Of a stretch of 31,034 nucleotides of DNA, positions 17,556-25,614 are shown piece after piece (the stretch's first letter is position 1; each line of letters begins with the position of its first letter). The position numbers and the translations under genes were made by a program. Source of the stretch: Chloroflexota bacterium (lineage in GTDB: Bacteria > Chloroflexota > Anaerolineae > Promineifilales > Promineifilaceae); NCBI GenBank assembly GCA_024278255.1, contig JAJRTP010000396.1, forward strand, positions 1-31,034, given 5' to 3'. The notes below the pieces were generated by a model. That model did no database searches and had not been told where the DNA came from. It saw nothing but the letters and a program-made list of their open reading frames with translations.

Positions 17556-18700
17556 TGCGGATTGGCATTGATGTGACGGCGGCCGTTACCCAGGGTGGGG
17601 GGATTGGCCGTTATACCCGCGAACTGATTCACGCGCTGGCAGAAGTGGATGCAATTAATGAATACCGGTTTTTTTCGGCAAAACGGCCGTCAACCTCCCC
17701 CGTCCCCAGCCCTCTTCCCGCCGCTCCAAATATCCAGACTTGTCCCGCGCCGCTGAATGAACGTTGGCTGTACCGCCTTTGGTACCGGCTGCATCTGCCG
17801 CTGCCGGTGCAGTGGGTGACGGGTAAACTGGATTTATTCCACTCGCCCGATTTTGTCCTGCCGCCGGTCAGCGGCCATATCCCCACGCTGCTCACCGTTC
17901 ACGACATTTCTTTTGTCCATTACCCAGACGTGTATCCGCCGAAGCTGATCAACTATTTGAAGCGGGTTGTGCCCTGGTCTATTGAACGCGCCAGCCACGT
18001 CCTGGCTGATTCCCAGGCGACGAAGCAGGATTTGGTGGATGTGTGGCAGGTTGCGCCGGAAAAAATCACCGTCTTGTACAGCGGCGTCCATGAGCGTTTT
18101 CAGCCGGTGACAGATGCAGGGAAGTTAACGGCCGTGCGCCAAAAATACCAATTAGGCAGCCAACCTTACATCCTGTCCGTGGGTACCATCCAGCCTCGCA
18201 AAAATTACCAGATGCTCATCCGCGCCTTTCAGCCGGTAGCGGCGCAATATCCGCACAACCTGATTATCAGCGGCGGCAAGGGGTGGCTGTATGAGGAAAT
18301 GATGGCGGAAGTAGAGCGGCAGGGGTTAAACGGCCGTGTCCGTTTCATCGGTTTTGTAGACGACGCTGACCTGCCGGCCCTGTACAGCGACGCCGATCTG
18401 TTCGTCTTCCCCAGCCTGTACGAAGGGTTTGGTCTGCCTGTGCTGGAAGCGATGGCTTGCGGCGCGCCGGTTATTTCGTCGGATGCGTCGTCGTTGCCGG
18501 AAGTGGCGGGGGATACGGCCGTGCTTCTCTCCCCCCAAGATCAAGCCGCCTGGACAGATGCCATGCTCGATCTGCTGGCCCATCCCGACAAAAGAACTGC
18601 GCTCGTGGCTGGCGGTTTCCGGCAAGCCCGCCAATTTACCTGGCAAACGGCCGCTCATTCCCTGCTTGAGATTTATCAAAAATTAGTCACTTCTTCATAG
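17555..18700 (+). CDS. GT4 family glycosyltransferase
   Basis: [51 protein letters not shown]; TGATG overlap with GtrA. Confidence 0.93.
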   Translation: MRIGIDVTAAVTQGGGIGRYTRELIHALAEVDAINEYRFFSAKRPSTSPVPSPLPAAPNIQTCPAPLNERWLYRLWYRLHLPLPVQWVTGKLDLFHSPDFVLPPVSGHIPTLLTVHDISFVHYPDVYPPKLINYLKRVVPWSIERASHVLADSQATKQDLVDVWQVAPEKITVLYSGVHERFQPVTDAGKLTAVRQKYQLGSQPYILSVGTIQPRKNYQMLIRAFQPVAAQYPHNLIISGGKGWLYEEMMAEVERQGLNGRVRFIGFVDDADLPALYSDADLFVFPSLYEGFGLPVLEAMACGAPVISSDASSLPEVAGDTAVLLSPQDQAAWTDAMLDLLAHPDKRTALVAGGFRQARQFTWQTAAHSLLEIYQKLVTSS

Positions 18701-18702
18701 AT

Positions 18703-18784
18703 ACACGGATGACACGGATTGAATGGATAGACGCGGATTTCTTGTTTTATCCGTGAAAATCCTGCAAATCTGTCATATCCGTGT
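18703..18784. repeat. ACGGAT-type inverted-repeat element, copy 2
   Basis: ACACGGAT GACACGGAT...GACGCGGAT on the left; ATCCGTG...ATCTGTC...ATCCGTGT on the right; same layout as 3334-3414. Confidence 0.75.
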
Positions 18785-18836
18785 CTCCATTTTGCCCCAA
18801 AACAGTACTCATGTCCTAACAGACTAGACATAAACC

Positions 18837-18866
18837 TTTACAATTGCCTATAAGTTGGGGTATAAT
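18837..18866 (+). promoter_or_regulatory. Putative sigma70-type promoter for the STAND cassette
   Basis: TTTACA (18837-18842), 18-bp spacer, TATAAT (18861-18866) in an AT-rich intergenic region. Confidence 0.5.
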
Positions 18867-19000
18867 TTCGCGTAGTATCACATTGAACTTACATTGCAGT
18901 ACCCAAAAAATGAATAAGGGTAAAAATTCTTTAGCATCCTTACAACCATGCGGCTTTTCATCATCGGGATGTGTATCCTCATTTAGAGGAGGAGAAGGAA

Positions 19001-22000
19001 ATGTCCGCAAACGGCAATCTGTTTCGGGGCATCCTAAAGCTAAAGACATTATGTGTGGGTGGAGATTTCAGTAAAACGCCAACTGATCTGCCGTCTACAC
19101 AATTTCCCGGCAATGTCCTGAGGCATACGGACGTGTTTCAATTTTACATTGAGACCAGGTATGATGAAGCGCTAGACATCATCATTGCCAACCGGGATAT
19201 TGACCTGGTTTTTCTGGATGCTGATTATGATTCCCTGACCGAAATCACCACTTTTATGACTCAGGCCAGGGAAATACGGCCGAAATTACCCATCGTATTA
19301 TTTACCAGCGATAGTGATGATAAAATGCGCCACCTCATGCGTGAGGGGGCCACCTGGCATTTTGTCAAAAACTCTGAGGTGATTACGTCCCTCAATTCTC
19401 AAGTACACGACCACGTTTATTCCCCCATAGATTGGCCGGAAATTTTTGTCCAATATGCCAGCGATTCTCTGAAACCCCGCATCGAACCAGGCTTGAGCTA
19501 CACGGATTTGGAAGCGCTTTCCCAGAATCCGGAAGAGCGGTACATTATCAAGCGGTTGTTTGCCGACAGTGATGTGGTTCAGATTTTTCGCATGGATGAG
19601 GGGTTTAGCGGTTCGCGTATTTACACGGTTAAACCGGCGCACCAGCTTAAACGCATTCTGAAAATTGATGTAGCCGACCGGCTGGAAGCGATTCAGGAGA
19701 AACAGGAACGACTGATTCAACCGCGCCTCAACCGGCAGGTAGGGCAAATTCAGGGCAAACTGGTGCGCGGCGAACATCTGGCGGGGGCCTGTTACGCCCT
19801 GGCCGGCTCTTACCGGGACGCCATCACTCTGACCCAGTTTCTGTTGAATCAGAACCGGGTACGCAAAGAGTTGATTGACAAGATTCTGGAGCAGTTACGC
19901 ATCAGCCTGGAGCAGTTGTACGCGGGCAGCTCGGATACGGAACTACGTTATTGGGCGCCCCTCTATGCCCGCGTCCTGCCCACACATTTGACACTGGCCG
20001 ATGCCGTTCTGGTGGAGCCGGATGAGATGGCGGCTGATTTTGTGGTGTCGGCCGAATCGTTTAACACCCTGTCGGCCGTTCCCGGCAATCCGACGCTCCA
20101 GCAAATTAACCAAGCTGCTCGGCAGGGAGAGGAACCATCACTCATTTTGCATGGCTTTGAAGTGGCTGAAGTGGATTCGCGGGCCGGGACGATTTATCTG
20201 CATGACGATCTCATGGCCCGTTATCCGATTTCCTCGCTGCTCAAGGATAAAAACCACCCGATTATGCGGTTTAAGGTGCATTTGCAGGATGCGGATCAAT
20301 CCTGGCTGGCGCATCCGGCTTTCCGGCGGGGTAAGCGGGTGAGTGTGCGGGGCCGGGTGGTGGCTACCCAGGAGACGATCATTGGGGATAATATTACGGA
20401 GGTGACGGGACGGCCGTTTGACTATGACTCCGACGTGCTGGAACTGGCTTCCGGCCGGTTTATCTCCCCCATTGCCAACGTGCGCAGCCTGCTTTGGGAG
20501 GTGGGCCGGGAAGATATGATCGTGCCCATTCCCCAACTGTCGCCGGTGGTGCATGGCGATCTGAATACCAGCAATATCCTGGTGGAGATCAGCGATGAGA
20601 TGCCTCTCTGGCTCATTGACTTTTCCGATGCCCGCCCCGGCCACGTTTATTTTGATCTGGCCAAGTTGGAAGTGGAGTTTCGTACCCACGTCCTTTACCG
20701 CCTGTACAAGGAGATGGTGGACGAGGGCATCTGGGATGTGGACACGGCGACCAAATTTGCTCTGCTGGTGGAAAATGTGCTGATGCTGACGGCCGTCAAC
20801 GATTTCTCCGATTTCATTACCACTCTGCGTGATTACCAGCCGGAATGGTACGACAATTTATACACCCAGTTCCCCCTCTATTCCGAAAACCTGCTCTACT
20901 TCCTCCACTCCCTGCGCCAGATTGCCGAAACGTACAGCCCGGAACGGTTCAAATACCATTATCCGGTAGCGGTCTTTTTCCAGAGCATCTCGGCGCTCAA
21001 ATTTAAGCGGCTGGATGACGCCCCCTGGCATCCCTGGGCCAAACGGCTGGCCCTGTGCGCGGCCGTTGTGGCTGGCAAACAAGCCATCGAAGGTGTGGAT
21101 CGCCCGCCGGAACTGGACGACGTGTACAGCGGGATGCGCCAGCGCAGCGCCTTTGCCGTGATTACGGTAGGCAGCGGCGGCGACCGGAAATATCTGGTGC
21201 AGTGGAATGAAAACTGGAATATGTACAATCTGGTCGGCGGCCGTTTGAATAACGTCAAAGGGGACAAGGATTCCTTTGCCCGGGCCATCCAGCGGGAACT
21301 GCAAGAGGAGTTGGGCCTGGTCAGTCCCAAGGATTACCGTATCGTGCGGGAATATAAGCCAGTCTACGAGCGGCAGTTTTCCCGCCGGGAATTTGTCTTT
21401 AAGGATTATGAGTTCCGTGTATTCCAGATTGAGCTGCTGCCCCGCCATCCCATCACGCCGGAAGAGTATGAATGGTACGCCAACCGCTTTGACACGGAAC
21501 GAGAGAATATTCTGGTGTCGCGGGCGGAGATTGAACGGCTGCGCACGACGGATAATTTGCCCATCTCGGATACAACACGGATGATTTTGCAGGAGTTGGG
21601 GGAGATTACGGCCGTAAGTTCCGACGACATGCTGCTTTCTTTGGAATTTGAACTGGAGAGCGATGAAGTCGTGGTCAGCCGGGGGCGGGGGCAGGTGTTA
21701 GGCCGTTTGACCAATCCTCGCTATGGTGGCCTGGTGGAGAATGTGACGCTGGAAGTGCTGCCGGCCAATGGATACGAGACAGAGCAGGATTCGGCCGTTT
21801 TGCAGTTAGGCAAGCTGAACGCAGGCGACGTCTGCCCCATCTCCCTCTGGTTGCAGCCCAAAGAAAAACATGCCCGCCTGAAACTACGCTTTACCTTTTA
21901 TGATGCCCGGGGCAAAGAATACCGGCAAACGGTAGAAAAAAGCCTGGAATTCAAGACCAATACCCGCGCCCTGTTCCATATTGACAATCCTTACGTTGTC

Positions 22001-23194
22001 GGTAAACCGCTTACCCCGGCCTCTGAAGATTTGTACGTGGGCCGGGAAGATGTGTTCATGTGGATTGAGGAAAATTTGCTGGGTAAAACCCAGCCGCATA
22101 CCCTGATTCTCTACGGTCAGCGGCGTATGGGGAAAACATCTACGCTGTATCAATTAGTGGGCGGCCGGCGGGGCCAGACTATTCGTGAATATCCCGGCTA
22201 CCCCATCTTCCCGGCATACATTGATTTGCAGCGCTTGGCCGGCTGTGACACGCCGGAATTTATGGCCCGATTGAGCCAGCAAATCATCCGCAATCTGGCT
22301 AGACGCGGCATCAAAATCACACCGCGGGAGTCCTGGTCGGCCAATGGCACAATTTTTGGTCAGTTTGATGAATTTCTGGATCGGGTAGAGGAAAAGCTGC
22401 CGCAAAATGGGCTGCTGGTACTGGTGATTGATGAGTTGGAGCAGATGCAGGCGAGTATTGAAAACGGCCGTCTCAGCCCCGATATTCTGCCTTACTTGCG
22501 TTCCCTGATGCAGCATCGTACGCAGTTGACTTTTATTTTGGTGGGAACCAACCAATTAATGGAAGATTATTGGAGTACGATTTTCCATGTGGGCATCAGC
22601 CGGGAAATTGGTTCGTTGAGCCGGGAAGATACGGAACGCCTCATTCGGGAACCGGTTTCGCCCATGATCCAGTACGACGATCTGGCCGTAGACCGCATCT
22701 GGCTGGCGGCACGGGGCCACCCTTATTTCAGCCAGCTTTTGTGCCACCGGCTGATCAGCGCCGTCAATCTGGAAGGCCGCCACAGCAAGATCATCACCAT
22801 TACCGAAGTGCGCGATATGATTAACCTGGTGATTGATGAGGATGACAGCCATCTTCAGCATTTATGGAATGAAAGCAGCCGGGAAGAGCAGTTTATTCTG
22901 GCTTCCCTGGCAGGGACGCAGGAAGTGGGCGAAGAAAATGTATCCCGTTCAGAAGTGTTGTCTCGCCTGCGCGGTGCTTCCATTGAGGATGACACGGTAC
23001 GCATGGCTTTGAACCGGCTGGAAACGCGCCGCCTGGTGACGCGCACCCCGGTGGAACGCCAGATTCAACGCCGGTTATCACAGCCGGGCGGCTGGCAGCC
23101 CACGCTGGTCAGTAAGGATTATGCGTATTCGATTTCGTTTGATTTGTTGCGAAAATGGGTGGCGAAGAAACACCCGTTGGGTTCGCTTTTATAA
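19001..23194 (+). CDS. 1397-aa multidomain protein: REC - kinase/phosphotransferase (TCAD9/APH-like) - NUDIX - Ig-like - STAND/AAA ATPase - wHTH-like
   Basis: RBS GAGGAGGAG before ATG 19001; REC VFLD (19217), LFTS, FVK; GFSGS (19601), LKID, HGDLNTSNILV (20552), LIDF; RELQEELGL (21293); NPYVVGKP, GQRRMGKTS (22115), LVIDE (22421-22435), GHPYFSQLLC. Confidence 0.85.
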   Translation: MSANGNLFRGILKLKTLCVGGDFSKTPTDLPSTQFPGNVLRHTDVFQFYIETRYDEALDIIIANRDIDLVFLDADYDSLTEITTFMTQAREIRPKLPIVLFTSDSDDKMRHLMREGATWHFVKNSEVITSLNSQVHDHVYSPIDWPEIFVQYASDSLKPRIEPGLSYTDLEALSQNPEERYIIKRLFADSDVVQIFRMDEGFSGSRIYTVKPAHQLKRILKIDVADRLEAIQEKQERLIQPRLNRQVGQIQGKLVRGEHLAGACYALAGSYRDAITLTQFLLNQNRVRKELIDKILEQLRISLEQLYAGSSDTELRYWAPLYARVLPTHLTLADAVLVEPDEMAADFVVSAESFNTLSAVPGNPTLQQINQAARQGEEPSLILHGFEVAEVDSRAGTIYLHDDLMARYPISSLLKDKNHPIMRFKVHLQDADQSWLAHPAFRRGKRVSVRGRVVATQETIIGDNITEVTGRPFDYDSDVLELASGRFISPIANVRSLLWEVGREDMIVPIPQLSPVVHGDLNTSNILVEISDEMPLWLIDFSDARPGHVYFDLAKLEVEFRTHVLYRLYKEMVDEGIWDVDTATKFALLVENVLMLTAVNDFSDFITTLRDYQPEWYDNLYTQFPLYSENLLYFLHSLRQIAETYSPERFKYHYPVAVFFQSISALKFKRLDDAPWHPWAKRLALCAAVVAGKQAIEGVDRPPELDDVYSGMRQRSAFAVITVGSGGDRKYLVQWNENWNMYNLVGGRLNNVKGDKDSFARAIQRELQEELGLVSPKDYRIVREYKPVYERQFSRREFVFKDYEFRVFQIELLPRHPITPEEYEWYANRFDTERENILVSRAEIERLRTTDNLPISDTTRMILQELGEITAVSSDDMLLSLEFELESDEVVVSRGRGQVLGRLTNPRYGGLVENVTLEVLPANGYETEQDSAVLQLGKLNAGDVCPISLWLQPKEKHARLKLRFTFYDARGKEYRQTVEKSLEFKTNTRALFHIDNPYVVGKPLTPASEDLYVGREDVFMWIEENLLGKTQPHTLILYGQRRMGKTSTLYQLVGGRRGQTIREYPGYPIFPAYIDLQRLAGCDTPEFMARLSQQIIRNLARRGIKITPRESWSANGTIFGQFDEFLDRVEEKLPQNGLLVLVIDELEQMQASIENGRLSPDILPYLRSLMQHRTQLTFILVGTNQLMEDYWSTIFHVGISREIGSLSREDTERLIREPVSPMIQYDDLAVDRIWLAARGHPYFSQLLCHRLISAVNLEGRHSKIITITEVRDMINLVIDEDDSHLQHLWNESSREEQFILASLAGTQEVGEENVSRSEVLSRLRGASIEDDTVRMALNRLETRRLVTRTPVERQIQRRLSQPGGWQPTLVSKDYAYSISFDLLRKWVAKKHPLGSLL

Positions 23195-23214
23195 TTATTT
23201 GGGGATTTTGGAGT

Positions 23215-24537
23215 ATGTCATACATTGTTGGTCATCCTATAAAAAGACCTTCTGATTTTTACGGCCGTTCCTCTCAGGTCGCTCGTTTTTATGAAATTAT
23301 TGGGGGTACTCAGGCCCAGTCTGCCAGCGTTTTGGGTGTGCGCCGGGCTGGGAAAACATCTTTTTTGCAATATGTCGCCCATCGCAGCATCAAAGCCAAA
23401 TACTTGCGTGAGCCGGACAACTACACCATGATTTACATCAACATGTCCACCTGCAAAAAACCAGCCGATTTCTATTACGGCTTGCTGCGCCGCCTGCAAT
23501 ACTCGCTGGGCGTGGCCGAAACCGGCTTTTTGTGGAAAGAATCGCCCCCCAACGCCACCAGCATGTATGACGTGGAGGCATTCCTCTGCCAATTTCCGGA
23601 GCGGCGCATCATTCTTCTTCTGGATGAGTTTGACCAAATTCGGGTAGACACTTTCTCTCAGGAATTTTTGACCGAACTGCGGGCCATGACTAGCGTGCTG
23701 GACTATGATTTGGCTTTTGTCACGGCCTCTTACTGGGATTTGTACTATTTGGGTACCCAAATAGGGCTGCCGCCGACGTCACCTTTTTACAATATTTTTT
23801 ACCCGACACCCATTTACATTCCCGGATTGGAGGAGAGCGAGATTGATACGCTCATCCAAAAACCAGCGGCAGAAGAGGGTTTCCCTTTTTCCGCGGAGGA
23901 TGTGGCGCAGATTAAGCAGTTGGCAGGATCGCTGCCGTTTTTTGTGCAGGCTACGGCCGCTTATTGGCTGCGCTGCCGCAAAAGCGAATATACACCTGAC
24001 CCGGAGCAAGCCCGGCAAATTTTAGTCGGCGAATTGTCGCCTTATTTTGAACAATGGTGGCGCTCTTTTGATAACGGCTACAAAGAAGTGCTGCGCTGCA
24101 TTGCCGATAATCTTGACCTGTCTATTTTGCCTTACAGTCCGGTAGAAGTTCAGGAAGCTGTCCGTATTTTGGGTAATTATGGCATGGTGGTGCGGGAAGA
24201 CGGCCGTCTGTCCATCAACGGCGATATTTTTGTTTTATGGGTGCAGCAGTACGCCCAACTGGCCGAACAAAGACAAACACTTCACATGCCGAATAACGGG
24301 CAAAACAGGCAGAAAAATAACGTAACTGATCCGGCCAAACTGCGTCTGGTCCTGACCGATTATTTCAGTCTGGAAGATTTGCAGGCGCTTTGTTTTGATC
24401 TGGGTCTGGATATTGATGATTTTCCTGGCACCAGTAAGCAGGCCAAAGCCATCGGGCTGATCGAATATTGGCGTAACCGGCGCGAATTGGGTCGTCTTGT
24501 TCAGGCCATTCGCCAGGAACGTGGTGCTATTGTGTAG
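23215..24537 (+). CDS. STAND/AAA ATPase with C-terminal effector-associated domain (EAD7-like)
   Basis: VGHP...FYGR, Walker A GVRRAGKTS (23335), Walker B LLLDEFD, AGSLPFFVQ; C-terminal LRLVLTDYFSLEDLQALCFDLGLDIDDFPG..K..KA..LIEY...R..LGRLVQAIRQER (24328-24534). Confidence 0.8.
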   Translation: MSYIVGHPIKRPSDFYGRSSQVARFYEIIGGTQAQSASVLGVRRAGKTSFLQYVAHRSIKAKYLREPDNYTMIYINMSTCKKPADFYYGLLRRLQYSLGVAETGFLWKESPPNATSMYDVEAFLCQFPERRIILLLDEFDQIRVDTFSQEFLTELRAMTSVLDYDLAFVTASYWDLYYLGTQIGLPPTSPFYNIFYPTPIYIPGLEESEIDTLIQKPAAEEGFPFSAEDVAQIKQLAGSLPFFVQATAAYWLRCRKSEYTPDPEQARQILVGELSPYFEQWWRSFDNGYKEVLRCIADNLDLSILPYSPVEVQEAVRILGNYGMVVREDGRLSINGDIFVLWVQQYAQLAEQRQTLHMPNNGQNRQKNNVTDPAKLRLVLTDYFSLEDLQALCFDLGLDIDDFPGTSKQAKAIGLIEYWRNRRELGRLVQAIRQERGAIV

Positions 24538-24561
24538 GGCGATTTTCAAAATCGCCCTACA
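24533..24561. repeat. GTAG-type REP, family A, copy 3 (single hairpin)
   Basis: TGTAGGGCGATTTT-C-AAAATCGCCCTACA, perfect 14-bp arms; contains stop TAG 24535-24537. Confidence 0.88.
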
Positions 24562-24603
24562 GCCAACTACCAGACCTTCGCACAGCCCAACTTCGGATTC
24601 CCC

Positions 24604-24632
24604 TTGCCTCCCCAAATTGCCATCACTATAAT
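24604..24632 (+). promoter_or_regulatory. Putative sigma70-type promoter
   Basis: TTGCCT (24604-24609), 17-bp spacer, TATAAT (24627-24632), 70 bp upstream of ATG 24703. Confidence 0.55.
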
Positions 24633-24702
24633 GCTATTGAGAAGAGGATTATCTCACGGATGTTTTTATATATGCGTGAGGCATTGACAGCGAGGGGAAA
24701 CA

Positions 24703-25050
24703 ATGGTTCCGATTTATCGCAGTGATGGCGAATGGGTGGCTGTTTATGTGAATGGCAACTTGTTTAATATAGATGGAGAATGGATAGGCTATTTGGTGGG
24801 CCGGGAAGTGTATGATACCAGCGGTATGTATCTGGGCTTTTTGAGCAATGATAAGCGTTTGGTGCGAAAACGTTCTTACCATCCTCGGCCCCGGTTGGCG
24901 GTGCCGCCCCGCCCGGAACGACCGGAAATTCCGGCGTCTATGCCCTTGGCTCCTATGTTTGCCTCTTTGCCGCACCAAATTATTGATTTGTTTGAGGAAT
25001 ACCCGGAAAAGTTGATGTTTATTTCTGAAACCCGGCCGGATATGGACTGA
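24703..25050 (+). CDS. Small protein resembling the 4-fold beta-flower family
   Basis: Repeated (Y/F)xxxGxxxG units: IYRSDGEWVA, LFNIDGEWIG, VYDTSGMYLG; Pro-rich C-terminal half; RBS GAGGGG. Confidence 0.7.
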   Translation: MVPIYRSDGEWVAVYVNGNLFNIDGEWIGYLVGREVYDTSGMYLGFLSNDKRLVRKRSYHPRPRLAVPPRPERPEIPASMPLAPMFASLPHQIIDLFEEYPEKLMFISETRPDMD

Positions 25051-25064
25051 TAAACGGAAGAACT

Positions 25065-25101
25065 GCGGAGAATGCAGAGAACGCAGAGAATTGCCAGAGA
25101 A
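25065..25101. repeat. GCAGAGAA-type 9-mer tandem repeat (half element)
   Basis: GCGGAGAAT GCAGAGAAC GCAGAGAAT TGCCAGAGAA; no inverted partner seen nearby. Confidence 0.65.
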
Positions 25102-25137
25102 AATTTGGACAATTCGTGGCTGTTTTTGGAAAACTTG

Positions 25138-25614
25138 ATGATGGAACCGAAACCACCTGGTGAATCTTGTGTAACGTTGACTCAGTTGATGGGGCCGAGC
25201 CATGCCAACACGATGGGTAATGTGCATGGCGGCATCATTATGAAGTTGTGTGATGAGGCGGGCGGCATGGCGGCGGTACGTCACGCGCGGCACACGGCCG
25301 TCACCGTCACCGTAGACTCCATGACCTTCCACTCCCCGGTACACATTGGCAATTTGATGATGGTCACAGCCGAAGTGGTCTGGACGGGACGCACCTCGAT
25401 GGAAACGCGGGTGGTGGTGCGCGCCGAAGACGTGCTGACCGGGGAAATCACCCACACCAATACGGCCTATTTTGTCTACGTGGCGCTGGATGAAAACGGC
25501 CGTCCCACCCCCGTGCCCCCGCTATTGTGCGAAACTGAAGAAGAAAAACAACGCTGGGAACGGGCCGCCCAGCGCCAGGCCTATCGTTTACAGCAGCGCC
25601 AGGAAACCCTATGA
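25138..25614 (+). CDS. Acyl-CoA thioesterase, HotDog fold (YciA-like)
   Basis: ANTMGNVHGGIIMKLCDEAGG, AVTV.VD...F.SPV.IG, GRTSME, A.FVYVALDE.GRP.PVP; start 25138 or 25141. Confidence 0.92.
   Translation: MMEPKPPGESCVTLTQLMGPSHANTMGNVHGGIIMKLCDEAGGMAAVRHARHTAVTVTVDSMTFHSPVHIGNLMMVTAEVVWTGRTSMETRVVVRAEDVLTGEITHTNTAYFVYVALDENGRPTPVPPLLCETEEEKQRWERAAQRQAYRLQQRQETL

Noticed and set aside
15397-18700. LPS O-antigen biosynthesis cluster
   Set aside because: No lipid A/core, wzx or wzz genes are visible and the ligase fold is shared with polymerases and oligosaccharyltransferases.
18701-24561. STAND cassette as an IS, prophage or integrative element
   Set aside because: No transposase, integrase, tRNA site or direct repeats; the flanking repeats are of different families and recur elsewhere.
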